DNA from: Patescibacteria group bacterium
Lineage (GTDB): Bacteria > Patescibacteriota > Minisyncoccia > RBG-13-40-8-A
Reading direction: 5' to 3'
Assembly (NCBI GenBank): GCA_043807255.1
Contig: JAZDGD010000012.1
Span: 1 to 39,709, forward strand
DNA length: 39,709 nucleotides
Part shown: piece by piece, positions 28,168-37,034 of the stretch
Layout of the letters: the number at the start of each line of letters is the position of its first letter
Numbering within the stretch: position 1 is the first letter of the stretch
Notes under the pieces: generated by a model
Told to the model about the DNA's origin: nothing
The model's database searches: none
What the model saw: the letters and a program-made list of their open reading frames with translations, nothing else
Position numbers and translations under genes: made by a program

Positions 28168-28832
28168 TCTCCTATATTGTCTATTTTCATTTCTTCCAGC
28201 CATTTATTTATATCTTTCTTGTATTTCTCTTGTCCACCAAATACATCTAATAATAATTCTCTGTTTGTAACCGATGGAAAATTTTTCTTGCCACAATAAT
28301 CTAAATGACTAGACCATCTATAATTATTTAAATATTTTATTGCTTTATCGTGATCTTTTATTTTTCTGTTTCGCCATTCTGAAAATTCCATATCAAGAGG
28401 ATTAAGATGAATATAATATGGAAGGTTTAAAAAATGATTGGATTTACTAATTAGAATTGATTTATAACGACTTTCGAATAAAGCACCCTTACGTTTATGT
28501 TTTATATTAAAATATTTGGCATATCCCATGTCTAGTTTTCTCAAAAATTTTGAAATTCCATTTTCAATAATCGGACCGAGCAATAAATGAAAATGATTCG
28601 GCATTAAACAAAAAGCATAAATATTCACCATTGGTTTTCTTGGCTGTTTAGTACTACGACCTACGAGGTCGTTGTCTTTATTGGATGCTTTAAAACGATC
28701 AGACGTAGAACCGATAACTCTGTTATCATTAAATTCGTATAAATCATGAATGAATCTTAAATGATCTTGTTGATCAAGAAATATTTTGCGTTTATCTACG
28801 CCCCTATTCAGGACATGATATATGTCAGCCAT
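28164..28832 (-). mobile_element. REP-associated tyrosine transposase (RAYT / Y1_Tnp HUH family)
   Basis: YHVLNRG, CLMPNHFHLL (HUH), GALFESRYKS, YIHLNP (catalytic Tyr), YRWSS; flanked by palindromes. Confidence 0.9.
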
Positions 28833-28853
28833 ATTTAACTTAATTTTACACTG

Positions 28854-28878
28854 AATGCCACGACCTCGCAAGTCGTAG
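28854..28878. repeat. REP-like palindrome at the RAYT 5' end
   Basis: 28854-28876 AATGCCACGACCTCGCAAGTCGT is identical to 28137-28159 (23-nt direct repeat). Confidence 0.85.
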
Positions 28879-28880
28879 TT

Positions 28881-30005
28881 TTATTTCTTAAATTCTTTAT
28901 AATTTTTATCGATAAATTCTTTGATTTTTTGTTTAAAATTTTCTTTATCAAACTTTAAGGCATGTTGATAAATATCCCCTGAATTAAATTTGAGGCCATC
29001 AAATCCCTTAACCGCATCGATTAACGACCCAACGGTCTGTTCATCGAAAAATACGCCCGTTTTGCCCTCTAAAATGCTCTCCAACGCGCCTCCGCCCCTA
29101 TAGGCGATAACTGGCCTCCCGCAGGCCATTGCCTCTAGGGCGACAATTCCAAAATCCTCTTCTTGAGGGAAGATTAATGCTCGTGAATTTTGATAATATT
29201 CCTTTAATTCCTGATTGCTTTTTTCGCCCAAAAACTCTATGTTCCAATTCGACATTTTCTTTAACTTCCTCATTTCCGGACCATTGCCAATAATCTTTAA
29301 CGGCAATTCTAACTTGTTAAATGCTTCAATTGCCATATCGAATCTTTTGTATGGCAAAAGTCGTCCAACCATTAAAAAATAGTTTACCCCGCTTTTTGCG
29401 GGGCTTGCCCCATCAATGACTTTCTTTATTCCAAAATTCTCTGTATCAACTGGCGGATGAATTACTTCTGATTCTTGTTTATAATATTTTTTAATTCTTT
29501 GTGCCACAAAACTAGAATTACAAATAAATTTATCAACTCGGTACGCCGCTTCTCTGTCCCACAATCTTAAATAATTCATAAAAATTGGCACAAAAAATTT
29601 TGCCAATTTGAACATACTAAACTCTCGAACATACTTATGACTATCGTCCCAAGCATAACGAATTGGTGTGTGACAATAACAAATATGTAAAGTATCTGGT
29701 TTTGTAATTACTCCCTTACCAAATGCAGCTGAATCAGACAACACAATATCGTAATCCGATAAATCTAATCTTTCTACTGCCAAGGGCATCAATGGTGGAA
29801 ATAATCGATGATGCTTGCGGATAAATGGCAATTTTTGTAAAAATGAAACTTTAATTTTTTTATTGGGAAAAAATTTGTCAACAATTTTTTTGTCATAAAG
29901 CAAAGTATAAATCGGCGCATCGGGAAAAATTTCCAGAAACGCCTCCAACACCTTCTCTGCTCCACCATATTGATTCAGGTAATCATGTACTAATGCTATT
30001 TTCAT
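28881..30005 (-). CDS. GT4 glycosyltransferase (WbaZ-like)
   Basis: MKIALVHDYLNQYGGAEKVL, YCHTPIRYAW, EEDFGIVALEAMACG. Confidence 0.93.
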   Translation of the reverse strand: MKIALVHDYLNQYGGAEKVLEAFLEIFPDAPIYTLLYDKKIVDKFFPNKKIKVSFLQKLPFIRKHHRLFPPLMPLAVERLDLSDYDIVLSDSAAFGKGVITKPDTLHICYCHTPIRYAWDDSHKYVREFSMFKLAKFFVPIFMNYLRLWDREAAYRVDKFICNSSFVAQRIKKYYKQESEVIHPPVDTENFGIKKVIDGASPAKSGVNYFLMVGRLLPYKRFDMAIEAFNKLELPLKIIGNGPEMRKLKKMSNWNIEFLGEKSNQELKEYYQNSRALIFPQEEDFGIVALEAMACGRPVIAYRGGGALESILEGKTGVFFDEQTVGSLIDAVKGFDGLKFNSGDIYQHALKFDKENFKQKIKEFIDKNYKEFKK

Positions 30006-30006
30006 A

Positions 30007-31401
30007 TTAACAGGCCGATCTATCTTTAAATAAAACAATTATTGTTTTTAATAAAATATAAATATCTTTTAACAATTTCCAGTTTTCAATATAATAAGTA
30101 TCTAGTTTAACCTCTTCTTCAAATGGCAAATCCGAACTCCCACTAATTTGTGCCATGCCCGTCATCCCTGGCTTAATCAATAAAACCTTTTTGTGGTGTT
30201 TTTCATATTTTTCTATCTCATCTGGCTGATGTGGCCTTGGACCAACCAAGCTCATTTCTCCTTTTAAAACATTAATCAATTGTGGCAACTCATCTAGTCG
30301 TGTTTTTCTTAAAATTTTACCAAATTTTGTTACGCGCGGATCATTCTTCATTTTGAACAACGGACCATCCTTGCGTTCGTTTTGTTCTTGTAATTGTTCC
30401 TTGACTGCTTCGGCGTTTTTTATCATCGATCGGAATTTGTAAAGTTTAAATTCTTGTCGCTGACTAATCCTTTTTAGCCCAACCAAAACCGAACCCCTTG
30501 AATCTAATTTAATTATAATCGCAAGAACCAAAAACGCGGGGGACAAAATAATCAAACCGACCAAAGAACCAAAGAAATCAAACCACCTTTTTAATATTCT
30601 CCCCCATCCATCAAGCGGGGTTCTTTTTATTTCAATTAATGGCACTCCATCAAAAGTATTCATTTCTACGTTCGTGGTATGCGCTTGAAAAAGATTGGGC
30701 ACAAATTTAAACCCAATACGTTGTTCTTCGCAAAAATCTAAAAGATCTAAAACATCGCTTCTTTCATAATGCGGACTGGCCAAAATAACTTCATCGATCT
30801 GCGGATTATTATCTAAAATAAAATTCTTAATTTCTTCAGAAGTTGTTTCGAAAAATATTTTTACTATTCTATAACCAAGGTCAGGATTTCTTTTTATTTC
30901 TTCAATAACCCTTTTACTTAGCCTGTCTTCCCCGATGATAATTACATTTCGAACTCCAACATTATATTTGCCAACCATAAATCTTTGAAGTTTCTTAACG
31001 AAAAAACGACCCAGTCCAACAAAAATTATTGCTATTATCCAGGCCATTAGAAGAATAAATCGAGAATCAAAAAGTGCTTGATTAAAAAAGATATAAAGAA
31101 TAATTACCAACACCGTTGCCGAAATTGCAACAATGATTTGTAAAAATTCTTTGAATAATTTTTTCTGAACACTGATGTTATAAAGTCCAGAAATCGCAAA
31201 AATTAAGACACCAAAGAACGATACGATTAGAACTAAAAACAAATATTTTTCAAATGGCAAGCTTAAAGAAAAAAGTACTGGTCTCCATTGAGAAACCAGC
31301 GGACTTACGCGTAAAAAATAAGCCACAACACCGGCCATGGTGAGCATAAAAAAATCAACCGGAACAAGCAAGGCACCAAATATAAGTTCAGATTTCTTCA
31401 T
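30007..31401 (-). CDS. polyprenyl glycosylphosphotransferase (WcaJ/WbaP-like sugar transferase)
   Basis: KRWFD, KFRSM, DPRVT, LDELPQLINVLKGEMSLVGPRP, KPGMTG; four N-terminal TMs. Confidence 0.93.
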   Translation of the reverse strand: MKKSELIFGALLVPVDFFMLTMAGVVAYFLRVSPLVSQWRPVLFSLSLPFEKYLFLVLIVSFFGVLIFAISGLYNISVQKKLFKEFLQIIVAISATVLVIILYIFFNQALFDSRFILLMAWIIAIIFVGLGRFFVKKLQRFMVGKYNVGVRNVIIIGEDRLSKRVIEEIKRNPDLGYRIVKIFFETTSEEIKNFILDNNPQIDEVILASPHYERSDVLDLLDFCEEQRIGFKFVPNLFQAHTTNVEMNTFDGVPLIEIKRTPLDGWGRILKRWFDFFGSLVGLIILSPAFLVLAIIIKLDSRGSVLVGLKRISQRQEFKLYKFRSMIKNAEAVKEQLQEQNERKDGPLFKMKNDPRVTKFGKILRKTRLDELPQLINVLKGEMSLVGPRPHQPDEIEKYEKHHKKVLLIKPGMTGMAQISGSSDLPFEEEVKLDTYYIENWKLLKDIYILLKTIIVLFKDRSAC

Positions 31402-31473
31402 TACCCCCATTCTATCGCATTTTTATGTTTTTTTCAATCAAAAAACCTCAATTTTTAATTGAGATTCTTTGAC

Positions 31474-31900
31474 GTTGGGCAAGCAATAAGCCGAATTCTG
31501 TCTACCGAGTCTGACTCGGTTCAATGATCATTTGTCTGATCACGACATTGCTGTCGGATTCAAGCGAACTACCTTGCCTTCGACTACGCTCGGGCCAGGT
31601 CACTATAAAAGTGATAGATTTTAACCTGAGTTCTTATCGAAGGTACTTGTTCTTGCACCCACCTAGGAATTTAGCCGTTTCACTTTCCATATTACTATGG
31701 AATTCGCCCTAATTCCGACTTCGTCGGAACGGGCGTCCGAACCCTTTAGGGTTCTAGGACGTCACTGTTCGCATCCCTATCCTTACGGACGGTGGACGTT
31801 ATCCACTAAGCTGCTGTCCGACGTTACATCGGACGAGTGTTCGGACTTTCCTCCCCTAATCGCGTTTGACGCGACGGAGCGATCATCTCGCTTACCCAAC
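31474..31900 (-). ncRNA. rnpB: RNase P RNA
   Basis: GAGGAAAGTCC near the 5' end, ACAGAATTCGGCTTA near the 3' end, P1 GTTGGGTAAGC/GCTTGCCCAAC; extended -10 TGTTACTAT upstream and a hairpin plus T-tract downstream. Confidence 0.93.
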
Positions 31901-31931
31901 AAAAATATAGTAACAAGTTTTAATTATCGTG

Positions 31932-32378
31932 TCAAATGCCCGGCAGACCACTGATTTCTTTTTCTTTTGAATCTAATGCTCTGTTTACTAATTTGTCGGC
32001 GTCGGCGTTTTCGTTACGGGGAATATGTATGAATGCAACTTTTGCAAAATCAATCTTCAAATTCCAAACTTTCAAAAACAATTGTTCAATTCTTCTATCT
32101 AAAATTTTATATTGACCATTCATTTGTCTGGCCAAAAACTCACTATCGGTTCTAATCTCAACTTCCATCGTTTTAGCTTTTTTCCCGCCAAATAAAAGTT
32201 TTGCTTTTTGTAATCCAAAAATCACCGCTTCGTACTCCGCTTCGTTATTTGTTGCTCTACCAATTTTTTCTCCATATTCTTTAATCACTTTCCCCTTCTC
32301 ATCACAAAAAACAATCCCAATCCCCGCTGGTCCTGGATTCCCCCTACTCCCCCCGTCTGTATAAATAATTGTTTTCAT
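31932..32378 (-). CDS. rnhA: ribonuclease HI family protein
   Basis: YTDGGSRGNPGPAG, TNNEAEY, DSE, N..AD.L.N; ATGA overlap with the recJ stop. Confidence 0.92.
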   Translation of the reverse strand: MKTIIYTDGGSRGNPGPAGIGIVFCDEKGKVIKEYGEKIGRATNNEAEYEAVIFGLQKAKLLFGGKKAKTMEVEIRTDSEFLARQMNGQYKILDRRIEQLFLKVWNLKIDFAKVAFIHIPRNENADADKLVNRALDSKEKEISGLPGI

Positions 32379-34096
32379 ATCTTTTTTAAATCGCTTATTT
32401 TTAATTGTAATTCTTTGTTGCCATTCCACTCGTTGGACAGCATTTCAAACACAATATCAACCCTGTCTCCTAATTCTATCTTATCACAAGAATCTACCAA
32501 ATTAAAGCCAATTGCACCGAATTTTTTGGTGCCGGTTTCGGTTTCTTTTTCCAACGACAATTTCAAATGATTCTCTTTCGAGCCCACATTCCTCATGCCA
32601 TTAATCTTTAAGTCTTTAAGTAAAAACAATGGCCTAGAATTTTCTCCTCCAAATGGTTCAAATTTCGCAATTTCATCAAAAACCTTCCAATTTAAATCAT
32701 CAACAATCATTTCCGCATCAATATTCAAAAATGCTGTCATGTCTGTTTTTTTTATCTTCTTTTCGGCAACTTTCTCTAGAATTTTTTTGATTTTTTCTAA
32801 GTTACATACATCCGCTCTAAACGCGCCAGCAAATGGATGGCCACCATATTCATCTAACAACTCCTTACATTCATCCAGCGCTTTAATTACGTCAAAACCA
32901 GCAATTCCCCCTCTCGCCGAACAAACGGCATGGTTTTTAGACAACTGACAAATAAATGCTGGCATCCAAAATTCATCTTTTAATTTCTGCGCAACCAACC
33001 CCACTAATCCCGATGTCCATGTTTCATCTCCTTCAAAAATAATCTTGCTTTTGTTTGAATCCTTTTTCACTCTTTCTCGTGCTTCTTTAATAATTCTTTC
33101 CATGTGTCGTTGTCTTTCTTGATTCCGAGTTTCAAGTTGTTGTGATAATCTGTCTGCTTCAGCGATATTTTTAGTTAGAAGCAATTCAAAGGCGACGATA
33201 CCATGATCGACACGAGAAGCGGCGTTTATTCTCGGACCAAGAATAAATCCTATGGTGTATGTAGTTAGATTCCCCGTCACTCGCGCCTTTTCCATTAAAA
33301 TCTTTAATCCCAATCTTTTTGTTTGTGACAGGACAATTAGTCCATATTTTACAAGCGTTCTGTTTTCGCCAAATAAAAGCATGGAATCCGTTACAGTTGA
33401 AATCGCTACCAAATCCAATAACCATTTTTCCCAAGAAATTGGGAGTTTTTTTGTAATGCGTACTGCTTGCAATAATTTGAATGCCACTCCAGCACCAGAC
33501 AATTCATTAAATGGATATTTACATTGTTTTTGTTTTGGGTCAATAATTGCAAATGCTTTTGGTAATTTGGGCCTGCCTGCCGATGAGGCAGGAATTTCGT
33601 GGTGATCAACAATAATTACGTCAATGCCTAGTTTATTTGCTAATGCCACTTCTTCAACATCAGTAACTCCACAATCAACAGTTAAAACAAGGGTTATTTT
33701 TTTCTTTGAAATATCTTCTATTGATTTTAAATTTAGTCCATATCCTTCAGCGTTCCTGTCGGGAATATAAACCTCTGGCTTAATATTATAAACTTCTAGA
33801 ATTTCATGCAGAATGATTCCGCCACAGATTCCATCAGCATCGTAATCAGCAAAAATCGCTACTTTTTCATTGTTTTTTTCCGCTTTTTCGAGTCGCTTTA
33901 TGGTTTTTTTGACATCTTTTAACAAAAACGGATCATGCAAATCTTGATCATAGTCGGGACTAAAAAACTCATCAATTGCTTTTTGAGTTTTAAGTCCCCT
34001 GTCCCAAAGCAACTGAAGAGTTAATTTTGAAAATTCCGGAAATTTCTCTAAAAATTCTTTAGGCGCCTTTTTATTTATTTTCCAAACTTTATTCAT
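32375..34096 (-). CDS. recJ: single-stranded-DNA exonuclease RecJ
   Basis: DYDADG, TVDCG, DHH, GPRINAASR, GGHPFA, EPFG. Confidence 0.95.
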   Translation of the reverse strand: MNKVWKINKKAPKEFLEKFPEFSKLTLQLLWDRGLKTQKAIDEFFSPDYDQDLHDPFLLKDVKKTIKRLEKAEKNNEKVAIFADYDADGICGGIILHEILEVYNIKPEVYIPDRNAEGYGLNLKSIEDISKKKITLVLTVDCGVTDVEEVALANKLGIDVIIVDHHEIPASSAGRPKLPKAFAIIDPKQKQCKYPFNELSGAGVAFKLLQAVRITKKLPISWEKWLLDLVAISTVTDSMLLFGENRTLVKYGLIVLSQTKRLGLKILMEKARVTGNLTTYTIGFILGPRINAASRVDHGIVAFELLLTKNIAEADRLSQQLETRNQERQRHMERIIKEARERVKKDSNKSKIIFEGDETWTSGLVGLVAQKLKDEFWMPAFICQLSKNHAVCSARGGIAGFDVIKALDECKELLDEYGGHPFAGAFRADVCNLEKIKKILEKVAEKKIKKTDMTAFLNIDAEMIVDDLNWKVFDEIAKFEPFGGENSRPLFLLKDLKINGMRNVGSKENHLKLSLEKETETGTKKFGAIGFNLVDSCDKIELGDRVDIVFEMLSNEWNGNKELQLKISDLKKI

Positions 34097-34099
34097 TAT

Positions 34100-35272
34100 T
34101 TATTTCCTCAGTGCCTCAATTCCTGGCAAAGTGCCTTCGCTTAAATAATCCAACATTGCGCCACCGCCAGTGGACATCCAGTCAAAGACTTTTTCTTTAT
34201 TATTCTCATTTATGAAGGCATTAGTGTCTCCCCCGCCAACAATTGCATATGCCCCACTTTTATCAATTGCCTCAATTAGTTCCTTGGAGGCAATATCGAA
34301 TGGTTTTTGCGTGATCAGCCCCAAAGGACCATTCCAAACAATTGTTTTTGAGTTTAAAATCAAATCACTGAACAGGTGGACTGTTTTTGGCCCGACGTCT
34401 AATGCTTTTTCGTACCATTCTAAGGGAGCAACGTCCCTATATGTTACGCCCTTGCCGTCCCAAATTCCCAAATCAAGAGGTAAAAATAATTTTGATCCAC
34501 TGGCTGATGGATTTAAATTTATTTTTTTGATTTCATTAAAAGAATCTTTGTCGATAATTGATTCGCCCATAGAAATGCCCTGACTGGCAAAAATTGTATT
34601 TGATAGTGCCCCGCCAACCAAAACTTTGTCTGCAATTTTTAAAAATTTATTAATTACTTTTATTTTTGTTTCCATTTTCGCTCCACCAATAATTGCAATC
34701 AATGGTTTTTCCGGTTTATTTAAAATTTTGTTTAATTCTTCAATTTCTTTTTCTAAAATAAATCCCGCCGTTGATGGTAAAAATTTTGGAATGCCAACAA
34801 TTGAAGCATGCTCCCTGTGAGAATTAGCAAACGCTTCATTAACGTAAATGTTCCCCAATTTCGCCAATTTTTCAGCAAATTCAGACGAGTTTTCTTCTTC
34901 TTCTTTCCAAAATCTAAGGTTTTCTAAAAGCAAAATATCTCCAAACTCCATTTTTTTTATTTTGTCCTCAACCCTTCTCCCTAAAATGTCAGTTGAAAAT
35001 AAAATCTTTTTATTTAATAATTTTCCCAATTCTTCAGCAATCGGCTTTAAGGACATTTTACTATTTTTTTCTCCCCGTGGTCGACCAAGGTGCGAAATCA
35101 AAATAATTTTTGCTTTTTGTTTAATTAAATATTCTATGGTCAATAAGCTGTTTTTGATTCTAAAATTATCTAAAACATTTCCTTTTTCATCGACCGGAAC
35201 ATCAAAATCAACGCGTACTAATACGCGCTTATTTTTAACGTCAATCTTTTTTAAACTTTTAATTTTCTTCAT
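34100..35272 (-). CDS. pgk: phosphoglycerate kinase
   Basis: RVDFDVP, SHLGRP, LLENLRF, GGAK, WNGPLG, GGGDT, STGGGA. Confidence 0.97.
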   Translation of the reverse strand: MKKIKSLKKIDVKNKRVLVRVDFDVPVDEKGNVLDNFRIKNSLLTIEYLIKQKAKIILISHLGRPRGEKNSKMSLKPIAEELGKLLNKKILFSTDILGRRVEDKIKKMEFGDILLLENLRFWKEEEENSSEFAEKLAKLGNIYVNEAFANSHREHASIVGIPKFLPSTAGFILEKEIEELNKILNKPEKPLIAIIGGAKMETKIKVINKFLKIADKVLVGGALSNTIFASQGISMGESIIDKDSFNEIKKINLNPSASGSKLFLPLDLGIWDGKGVTYRDVAPLEWYEKALDVGPKTVHLFSDLILNSKTIVWNGPLGLITQKPFDIASKELIEAIDKSGAYAIVGGGDTNAFINENNKEKVFDWMSTGGGAMLDYLSEGTLPGIEALRK

Positions 35273-35275
35273 TAT

Positions 35276-35971
35276 TTAAATAACTTGTATGGTTTTCACA
35301 AATTCTTCTGGTTTTAAACTCGCCCCGCCGACTAATGCTCCTTCATATCCGACACCAAGATAATCATTGATTATTTTACTGTCTACGCTTCCGCCATAAA
35401 TTATCTTCCCATTGAATCTTTGTTTAATAAAATCAAGTTTTTGTTTAGCATAATCAGCCGAACAAATTTCTCCGCCACTGGTGCTTATTGCCCAGACCGG
35501 TTCGTAAGCAATAATTATTTTATTCTTGTCTTCTTCTGGCATGCCATCTAAATCTCTTTTTAATTGATTTTCGATGACCGTTTCTGCGTTTTCCCCTTTT
35601 CTTTCTCCGACACATAAAATCGGAATTAATCCTGCGCCTAACACAGATTTTAATTTCTTATTAATTATTTCATCTGTTTCATTAAAATAATTTCTCCTTT
35701 CAGAGTGCCCAATAATTACATATTCAATTCCCATGTCTTTAATCATTTTGGGGCTAATTTCTCCGGTATATGGTCCTTTTTCTTCCCAAAAACAGTTCTG
35801 AGCACATAGTTTTGCTTTTTTTAAAAATGGCAACCAAATAAACGGGGCGGCAATCAAAACTTCCACGTTTTTTGCTTTTTTAATGGTTTTTTTGATACCC
35901 CCAAAAAGTTTTCTTGCTTTCCCTAAAGACGACGGGTTCATTTTCCAATTTGCGATGATTAATGGTTTCAT
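35276..35971 (-). CDS. tpiA: triosephosphate isomerase
   Basis: ANWKMN, GHSERR, AYEPVWAI, YGGSV, LVGGASL. Confidence 0.97.
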   Translation of the reverse strand: MKPLIIANWKMNPSSLGKARKLFGGIKKTIKKAKNVEVLIAAPFIWLPFLKKAKLCAQNCFWEEKGPYTGEISPKMIKDMGIEYVIIGHSERRNYFNETDEIINKKLKSVLGAGLIPILCVGERKGENAETVIENQLKRDLDGMPEEDKNKIIIAYEPVWAISTSGGEICSADYAKQKLDFIKQRFNGKIIYGGSVDSKIINDYLGVGYEGALVGGASLKPEEFVKTIQVI

Positions 35972-35975
35972 ATTT

Positions 35976-37034
35976 TTAAATAAATTTTCTCAAAAACTTA
36001 GCAACCTCTTCTGGTTTAATTGTTAATACCTCAACGCCCGTTCCAAGTTCAAATCCTGCCCAAGTATTTGTTTTTGGCAATATTTCAATGTGCCAGTGAT
36101 AATATCCATAATCTTTACCATCACAGGGTGCAGTATGAATAAAAAAATTATAAGCAGGATTCTTTAATCCTTTATATAAGCCATACAATGCTTTTTGAAG
36201 TGCTTCGGCCAAATATTTTATTTCTATTTCAGTTATTTTTTCGAAATTTGAAAGGTGTTTGCGTGGATAAATTCTTAATTCAAAATTTACTCTTGGCACA
36301 AATGGCGCAAAAACTACAAAATATTCGTTTTGAAATATGCATCTTTTTTCTTCCTTCTCCCATTCAATCATTTCACAATGCACACATTTTTTATTTTCAT
36401 TATGATACTTCCTCGCGCCATCTAAACTCCTTCTTGTATCGGCTGGTAAAATCGGCATAGCTACCAACTGCGTATGCGGATGAGGAATGCTTGCCCCCGC
36501 CTCTTTACCATGATTATGAAATATGAAAATATAATTTACAAAACGATGATCCATTAATGCCAAATATCTTTCTTGGTATGCTTTTATGACCTCTTCGACG
36601 TTTTCTATGGGCATTATTGCTAAATGTTTTTTATGATCCCTGGTAATAATTACCTCGTGAAAACCATTGCCCTGCATTAAATTATATGGCCCCTCTTTAC
36701 AAACTTCAAATGAACCACTGGGAACCAACATTGGATATTTGTTTTTTATAACCTGCAAACTCCAATCTTTGACTAATTTTTTTGCTCCTTTAATTTTTAT
36801 TTTTTTATTGTCCTTATAATAAATCAAAACCGGCTCTTCATGGCCAGACGATTGTGGATCTTCAAATGGACATTCTGAAATTGGTTGTTCAAATTTTTCT
36901 TCACTTTTGTTAGCAAAAAATTGCGGTTTTTTAGCGCGACCAGTTGCAATAATCATCCAATCCCCACTAACAAGGTCTTGTCTTAATTCGGAACCACTAG
37001 ACAATTTAGTTTTCTTTAAATTATTTAATTTCAT
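35976..37034 (-). CDS. galT: galactose-1-phosphate uridylyltransferase family protein
   Basis: CPF, NKYP, GASIPHPHTQ, HWHIEI, AGFELGTG. Confidence 0.92.
   Translation of the reverse strand: MKLNNLKKTKLSSGSELRQDLVSGDWMIIATGRAKKPQFFANKSEEKFEQPISECPFEDPQSSGHEEPVLIYYKDNKKIKIKGAKKLVKDWSLQVIKNKYPMLVPSGSFEVCKEGPYNLMQGNGFHEVIITRDHKKHLAIMPIENVEEVIKAYQERYLALMDHRFVNYIFIFHNHGKEAGASIPHPHTQLVAMPILPADTRRSLDGARKYHNENKKCVHCEMIEWEKEEKRCIFQNEYFVVFAPFVPRVNFELRIYPRKHLSNFEKITEIEIKYLAEALQKALYGLYKGLKNPAYNFFIHTAPCDGKDYGYYHWHIEILPKTNTWAGFELGTGVEVLTIKPEEVAKFLRKFI

Noticed and set aside
31524-31954. Two small plus-strand ORFs
   Set aside because: Antisense to rnpB.
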